From the NCBI GenBank assembly GCA_963575745.1, contig CAUYUJ010000107.1, positions 1 through 64,000 on the forward strand: 64,000 nucleotides of DNA. The letters are read 5' to 3'. The DNA comes from Prorocentrum cordatum. Its lineage: Eukaryota. The notes under the pieces are model-generated. The model was not told the origin of the DNA. It saw only the letters and a program-made list of their open reading frames with translations, and ran no database searches. A program made the position numbers and the translations under genes. Within the stretch, counting starts at the first letter, position 1. Every line of letters starts with the position of its first letter. Of the stretch, positions 56,940-64,000 are shown piece by piece.

Positions 56940-58260
56940 TTAGAGCTCCAACGGAGCTCTAACATAGCAAGTTAGAGTATGTTAGAGCTCCCTGGGGGCT
57001 CTAACATGGCATGTTAGACCTCCGTGGGAGCTCTAACATGGCAAATTAGAGCTCCCTGGGAGCTCTAACATCGTATGTTACAGCTCCAATGGAGCTCTAA
57101 CATAGCATGTTATATTATGTTAGAGCTCCCTGGGAGCTCTAACATAGCAAGTTAAATTATGTTGGGGCTCCCTGGGAGCTCTTAACATGGTATGTTAGAG
57201 CCCCGTGGGAGCTCTAACATCGTATGTTAGAGCTCCAACGGAGCTCTAACATTGTATGTTAGAGCTACAATGGAGCTCTACCATAGCATGTTCCAGTATG
57301 TTAGAGCTCCCTGGTAGCTCGAACATGGTATGTTAGAGCTCCGTGGGAGCTCTAACATGGCTTGTTAGAGCTCAAACGTGGCTCTAACATAGCATGTTCG
57401 AGTATGTTAGAGCTCCCTGGGAGCTCTAACATGCTATGTTAGAGCTCCAACGGAGCTCTAACATAGCATGTTCCAGTATGGTCGAGCTCACTGGGAGCTC
57501 TAACATGGTAGGTTAGAGCTCCAACGGAGCTCTACCATAGCATGTTCCAGTATGTTAGAGCTCCCTGGGGGCACTAACATGGTATGTTAGAGCTTCGTGG
57601 GAGCTCTAACAAGGCCTGCTAGAGCTCCAACGGAGCTCTAACATAGCATGTTCGAGTGTGTTAGGGCTCCCTGGGAGCTCTAACATGGTATGTTAGAGCT
57701 CCGTGGAAGCTCTAACATGGCATGTTAGAGCTCTAACGGAGCTCTAACATAGCATGTTCCAGTATGTTAGAGCTCCCTGGGAGCTCGAACATCGTATGTC
57801 AGAGCTCCGTGGGAGCTCTAACATGGCATGTTAGAGCTTCCTGGGAGCTCTAACACCGTATGTTAGAGCTCCAATGGAGCTCTAACATAGCATGTTATAT
57901 TATGTTAGAGCTCCCTGGGAGCTCTAGCATCGTATGTTGGAGCTCCGTGGGAGCTCTAACATAGCAAGTTAGAGTATGTTAGAGCTCCCTGGGAGCTCTA
58001 ACATCGCATGTTACAGCTCCGTGGGAGCTCTAGCATATCATGTTAGAGCTCCATGGGAAATCTAACATGCCATGGTAGAGTCCCACGGGAGCTCTAACAT
58101 AGCATGTTTGAGCTCCACGGGAGCCCTAACATCCTATGTTAGAGCTCCCAGGGAGATCTAGCATAGCTTGTTCGAGCTCCCTGAAGCTATCTTAAAATAC
58201 CATGTTAGAGCTCCCTGGGAGCTCTGACATGCCATGCTAGAGCTCCCTGGGAGCTCTACC
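56940..58260. repeat. GAGCTC palindromic satellite (opposite spacer orientation to 54300-56285)
   Basis: Spacers read cctgg/cgtgg/caacg rather than ccagg/ccacg/cgttg. Confidence 0.95.
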
Positions 58261-58500
58261 ATGTGAGGGAAATCGATCAACGAAGGGGGATCCTTCAAAT
58301 CGCCTTGCCCCTCGGGAGCCCACAAAATAGCATCCTGGACCCCTCTTGGTTCGATTTATCAGATCACCCAGCTTTCCTGTAGCGCAGGCACCTCGGATCA
58401 AGGCATTTCTTCTTGCAGCGCCTGCAGGCTGCCATATGCTGCCATGTCAGAAATGGGGGCCAGCGCAGGGAGGCCTGGCCCATGTCCAGAAACCGTCATC

Positions 58501-59202
58501 ATGGACCCTGACACTGGACCCATTGATGCGCCATGGCTGGAAGTTCGCGAGTACGTTAAGAAGAATCGGGAAAAGTAGTTTTGTTTACCGTGCGAGAAAT
58601 GGGCAGCCCCGACGTACCAGATTTCGGCGGACCACATCAAGCATGTAAAGAATAAGCATCTCTGGTGGCATAATGCTTGTCCACAGGGTCCTGATGAGGA
58701 GAAGGCAGCATGGTGCTCTAAGATCGCGAACACTGTGGTGCTCCACTCGAGCTACGCCCCGAAGCGGAAAAGCGATGAAGCGGATGGTTGAAGGTCGTCG
58801 AAGAAGCCCAAGTGGCAACGGCAAAGTGAAGGCCATCAGCAAGATGCTGGAACGGCTGCAGGAGAGAACACCTGGAAAAGCTGGAACAGCTCAAGAGCTG
58901 CGTCATCACCAGGATCTGCAACAGCAGGAGATGCAACAGCAGGAGCACAGCAGTGGCAGCCGAAGCTTACGCAGCAGCAGCAGGACGGGCTAACAACCAC
59001 CGTTATCACCTCGATGCTCAATTTCTTGACCAACGCTTTTCCGAACCTTATGGCGCAGAACAACATGGCCGAGAAGATGGATCAGATTCTGGACCTCCTG
59101 CGGGCACAGGGGCAGGCGCTCCAGGACCTGCAGAAGAAAGTCGAGGAGCTCGATCAGAAAGTGGAGGAGCTCAAGCAGCAGGACAAGGAGGAGGACCAGT
59201 GA
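58501..59202 (+). pseudogene. Degenerate small Zn-finger plus coiled-coil gene in a unique island within the satellite
   Basis: MDPDTGPIDAPWLEVREYVKKNREK*FCLPCEKWA...DHIKHVKN (CxxC...H with an internal stop), then the heptad-rich MAEKMDQILDLLRAQGQALQDLQKKVEELDQKVEELK ending at 59202. Confidence 0.45.
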
Positions 59203-60029
59203 GCTCAGCAGCAGGACAAGTGACCTCGCATGGGCGTCTGGTGGCCGATGTCGGAGGCGCGCAGCCTGGCTCGCGTGCTGGCCCCTTCGCCGCGCTCACG
59301 CGGTGCGCCCGTGCAGCGGGCCAACGAATTCGAAAGAATAACAGGTTAATGGGGTTCTGCATCTAGTAGGACTGAACCAATGAGTGCGTTGAAGATTGGG
59401 ATCTCCTCTTGACGCCCTGGGGGGCGAGGAGTTTCTGGCAGTCTCTCTCGAGGCCCTGTGGGGAGAGAGAATTTCTGGGATCTCCTCTTGAGGCCCCTAG
59501 GGTGGTTAGATGATGTGAAAGCTCCAGGGAGCTGTAACATGGCATGCTAGAGCTCCAACGGAGCTCCGTCATAGCAGGTTGTTAGATTATGTTAGAGTTC
59601 CCTGGGAGATCTAACATGTGAAAGTCGGCGGTGCGTGGAGGGCGGTGAAGCCTTCCTCCTCCTTCTCCTCATCCTCTTCCTTTTCCCAACCTTTTAGTTC
59701 TAATTCAGAAGTCCCTGGCCCCCTCCGCCCCTGATCCCCGACCGCGCCCCAGGGAGCATGGCCGCCCCGCGAGGGCGGGGGGGGCCGCGCCCTATTCATG
59801 TTTCACCGTGGTCGAAGACAGGGCCCCACCCCCATGTTTCACCGCGGTCGAAGACATTCGAAGACAGGCCCCCACCCCTGCGCCCCCGCCTTTCAAGGGG
59901 GAAGCCTTCGTTCTCGAGGTCGAGGACAGGGCAACGGTGCGTACGGGAGTGCGGCCGTTTCGGGCATGTTTCTTTACTTAGGACGACGACGACGACGACG
60001 ACGACGGCGGGGGGGGCGGCTCGATTGGG

Positions 60030-63000
60030 CGCTCTAACATGCTATGCTAGAGCTCCCATCGAGCTCTAACATAGCATGTTAGAGTTCACAACCCTCACAT
60101 CGAAATCTAACATAATACGTTAGAGCTCCCAACGAGCTCTTACATAGCATGTTAGAGTTCCATGTGAGCCCTAACATGCCATGCTAGAGCTCACAGAGAT
60201 CTCTAACAACATCCAATGTTAGAGCTCGAGGCTAACATGCCATGTTAGAACTCCCCGGGAATTCTAGCATGCCATGTTGGAGCTCCCACGGAGCTCTAAC
60301 ATACCACGTTAGAGCTCCCAGGGAGCTCTACCATACTCGAACATGCTATGTTAGAGCTCCGTTGGAGCTCTAACAAGCCATGTTAGAGCTCCCACGGAGC
60401 TCTAACATACAATGTTAGAGCTCCCAGGGAGCTCCAACTGAGCTCTAACATGCTATGTTAAAGCTCCGCTGGAGCTCGGCATTTTTGAGTTCCCAGGGAG
60501 CTCTAACATGGGAGCTCTAATATAGCATGTTGGAGCTCCCTGGGAGCTCTAACATACTCGAACATGCTATGTTAGAGCTCCGTTGGAGCTCTAACAAGCC
60601 ATGTTAGAGCTCCCGACGGAGCTCTAACGATACCTGTTAGAGCTCCAGGGAATCTCTAACATCCTTGGAACATGCTAATGCTAGAGCTCCGCTGAGCCCT
60701 AACATGCCTTGTTAAGAGCCCCGCGAGCTCTAACAAACCATGTTAAGAGCCTCCCAGGGAAGCTCTAACATACTCGAACGCTATGTTTGAGCTCCCCGGA
60801 GCTCTACCATGCCACGTTTAGAGCTCCCAGGGAGCTCCCAGTGAGGGCTCGAACATGCTATTTAAAGCTCCGGTTGTTTTGGAGCTCGGTATTTTAGAGA
60901 TCCCAGGGAGCTCTAACATGGGAGCTTTAATATAGCATGTTAGAGCTCCCAGGGGGCTCTAACATACTCGAACATGCTATGTTAGAGCTCCGCTGGAGCT
61001 CTAACAAGCCATGTTAGAGCTCCCACTGAGCTCGAACATACCATGTTAGAGCTCCCAGGGAGCTCCAACATACTGGAACACGCTATGTTAGAGCTCCGTT
61101 GGAGCTCTAACATGCAATGTCGAGGCTCGTTGTCAGCTCTAACATACCATGTTAGAGCTCCCAGGGAGCTCTAACATACTCGAACATGCTATATGTTAGA
61201 GTTCCCAGGGAGCTCTAACATACTCTAACCTGCTATGTTAGAGCTCCCAGAGGGCTCCCACTGACCTCTAACATGCTATGTTAATAAAGCTCCGCTGGAG
61301 CCCGGTATTTTAAAGCTCCCAGGGAGCTCTAACATGGGAGCTCTAATATAGCATGTTAGAGCTCCCTGGGAGCTCTAACATACTCGAACATGCTATGTTA
61401 GCAGCTCCAGTGGAGCCTCTAACATGCTATGTAAGTCTCCGTTGTAGGCGTTAAACATACCATGTTAGAGCTCCCAGGGAGCTCTAACATACTCGAACAT
61501 GCTATGTTAGTTCTCCGTTGGAGCTCTAACACGCCATGTTAGAGCTCCCACGGAGCTCTAACATACCATGTTAGAGCTCCCAGGGAGCTCTAACATACTG
61601 GAACATGCTATGTTAGAGCTCCCAGGGGGCTCTAACATGCTCGAACATGCTATGTCAGAGCTCCGTTGGAGCTCTAACTAGACATGTTAGAGCTCCCACG
61701 GCAAGCTCTAATACAGCATGTTAGAGCTCCCTGGGAGCTCTAACATATTCGAGCATGCGATGTTAGAGCTCCGTTGGAGCTCTAACAAGCCATGCTAGAG
61801 CTCCCACGGAGCTCTAACATACCATATTAGAGCTCCCATGGGAGCTCTAACATACTCGAACATGCTATGTTAGAGCTCCGTTGGGGCCCTAACAAGCCAT
61901 GTTAGAGCTCCCACGGAGCTCTAACATACCATGTTAGAGGTCCCAGGGAGCTCCCACGGAGCTCTAACATGATATGCTAAAGCTCCGTTGGAGCTCGGTA
62001 TGTTAGAGCTTCCAGGGAGCTTTCACATACCATGTTAACGCTCCAAGGGAGCTCCCACTGAGCTCTAAGATGCTACGTTAAAGCTCCGTTGGAGCTCGGT
62101 ATTTTAGAGCTCCCAGGGAGCTCTAACATAGGAGCTCTAATAAATCATGTTAGAGCCCCCATGGCAGCTCTAACATACTCGAACATGCTATGTTAGAGCT
62201 CCGTTGGAGCTCTAACAAGCCATGTTAGAGCTCCGCCGGAGCACTAATATACCATGTTAGAGCTCCCAAGAAGCTCTAACATACTCGAACATGCTATGTT
62301 AGAGCTCCGTTGGAGCTCTAACAAGCCATGTGAGAGCTCCCACGGAGCTCTAACATACCATGTTAGAGCTCCACCGGGGAGCTCTAACATACTGGAACAT
62401 GCGATGTTGAGCCCCCAGGGAGCTCCCACTGAGCTCTAACATGCCATGTGTAGAGCTCCCTTGGAGCTCGGTATTTTTAAGAAGCTCCCAGGGGGCTATA
62501 ACATGGGAGCTCTAACATACCATGTTAGAGCTCCGTTGGAGCTCTAACATACTCGAACATGCCATGTTAGGGCTCCGTTGGAGCTCTAACAAGCCATGTT
62601 AGAGCTCCCATGGAGCTCTAACAAGCCATGTTAGAGCTCCCAGGGAGCTCTAACACACTCGAACATGCCATGTTAGAGCTCCGTTGGAGCTCGAACAAGC
62701 CATGTTAGAGCTCCCGCGGAGCTCTAACATACCATGTTAGAGCTCCCAGGGAGCTCTTACATACTGGAACATGCTATGTTAGAGCTCCGTTGGAGCTCTA
62801 ACATACCACGTTAGAGCTCCCACGGAGCTCTAACATACCATGTTAGAGCTCCCAGGGAGCTCTAACATACTCGAACATGCTATGTTAGAGCTCCGTTGGA
62901 GCTCTAACGTGCCATGTTAGAGCTCCTACGGGGCTATACCATGCCATGTTAGAGCTCCCAGGGGACTCTAACATACTGGAACCTGCTATGTTAGAGCTCC

Positions 63001-64000
63001 GTCGGGGCTCTAACAAGACATGTTGGAGCTCCCGTGGAGCTCTAACATAGCATGTTAGATCTCCCAGGGAGCTCTAACATATTGGAACCTGCTATGCTAG
63101 AGCTCCGTTGGAGCTCTAACATGCCATGTTAGAGCTCCCACGGGGCTCTAACATACCATGTTAGAGCTCCCAGGGAGCTCCCACTGAGCTCTAACATGCT
63201 ATGTTCAAGCTCCGTTGGAGCTCGGTATTTGAGAGCCCCCAGAGAGCTGTAACATGGGAGCTCTAATATAGCATGTTCGAGCTCCCTGGGGTCCCTAACA
63301 TACTCGAACGTGCTATGTTAGAGCTCCGTTGGAGCTCTAACAAGCCATGTTAGAGCTCCCACGGAGCTCTAGCATACCATGTGAGAGCTCTCAGGGAGCT
63401 CTCACATACTGGAAAAAGCTATGTTAGAGCTTCGTTGGAGCTCTTACATGCCATGTTAGAGCTCCCACGGAGCTCTAACATACCATGTTAGAGCTCCCAG
63501 GGAGCGTTAACCTACGCGAACGTGCTATGTTAGAGCTCCCAGGGAGTTCCCACGAGCCTAACATGCCGAATTTAAAGCTCCGTTTTGGAGCTCGTATTTT
63601 AGAGCTTCCCGGGAGCTCTAACATGAGAGCTCTAATATAGCATGTTAGAGCTCCCAGGGAGCTCTAACATACTACTACCATGCTATTTTTAGAGCTCCGT
63701 TGGAGCTCTAACAACAGCCATGTTAGAAGGCTCCCACGGAGCTACTAACTACCATGTTAGAGCTCCCAGGGAGCTCTAACATACTGGAACATCTATTTGA
63801 GCTCCGTTGGAGCTCTAACATACCATGTTAGAGCTCCCAGGGAGCTCTAACATACTGGAACATGCTATGTTAGAGCTCCGTTGGAGCTCTAACATACCAT
63901 GTTAAAGCTCCCACGGAGCTCCAACATAGAATGTTAGAGTTCCCAGGGAGCGCTAGCATACTCGAACATGTCATGTTAGAGCTCCGTTTGAGCTCTAACA
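60030..64000. repeat. GAGCTC palindromic satellite, running off the window end
   Basis: Continuous array with higher-order periodicity (recurrent ggagctcggtattttagagctc variant). Confidence 0.97.

Overview
This is eukaryotic, GC-rich, repeat-laden DNA, probably from a dinoflagellate. That assignment is an inference from relics resembling the spliced leader CCGTAGCCATTTTGGCTCAAG, apparent GC/GA intron donors, and (GAG)n/(GAT)n-filled introns. The window is dominated by two nested giant mobile elements. (1) A decayed, apparently intron-less, plus-strand Helitron-like gene cluster spans about 1.6-49.2 kb. It holds an SF1 helicase with two internally deleted copies, a Zn-finger plus helical protein resembling phage thymine-hypermodification (aGPT-Pplase1/5-hmdU kinase) proteins, a tandem OB-fold RPA-like gene, and an OTU-HUH Rep-Pif1 gene. 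(2) A 24.1-kb cut-and-paste transposon (17943-42037) sits inside the OTU domain of that gene, with ~85-bp imperfect TIRs and a 9-bp TSD (TGGAATGGG). Removing it in silico restores the host reading frame. It carries three intron-rich minus-strand genes: a Mutator/hAT-like DDE transposase, a complete C5-cytosine DNA methyltransferase, and a large protein with a ParB-like N-terminus. The rest of the window is microsatellite and several palindromic satellite families (1-1.6 kb and 49.2-64 kb). All protein calls come from motif recognition by eye; exon boundaries are approximate.
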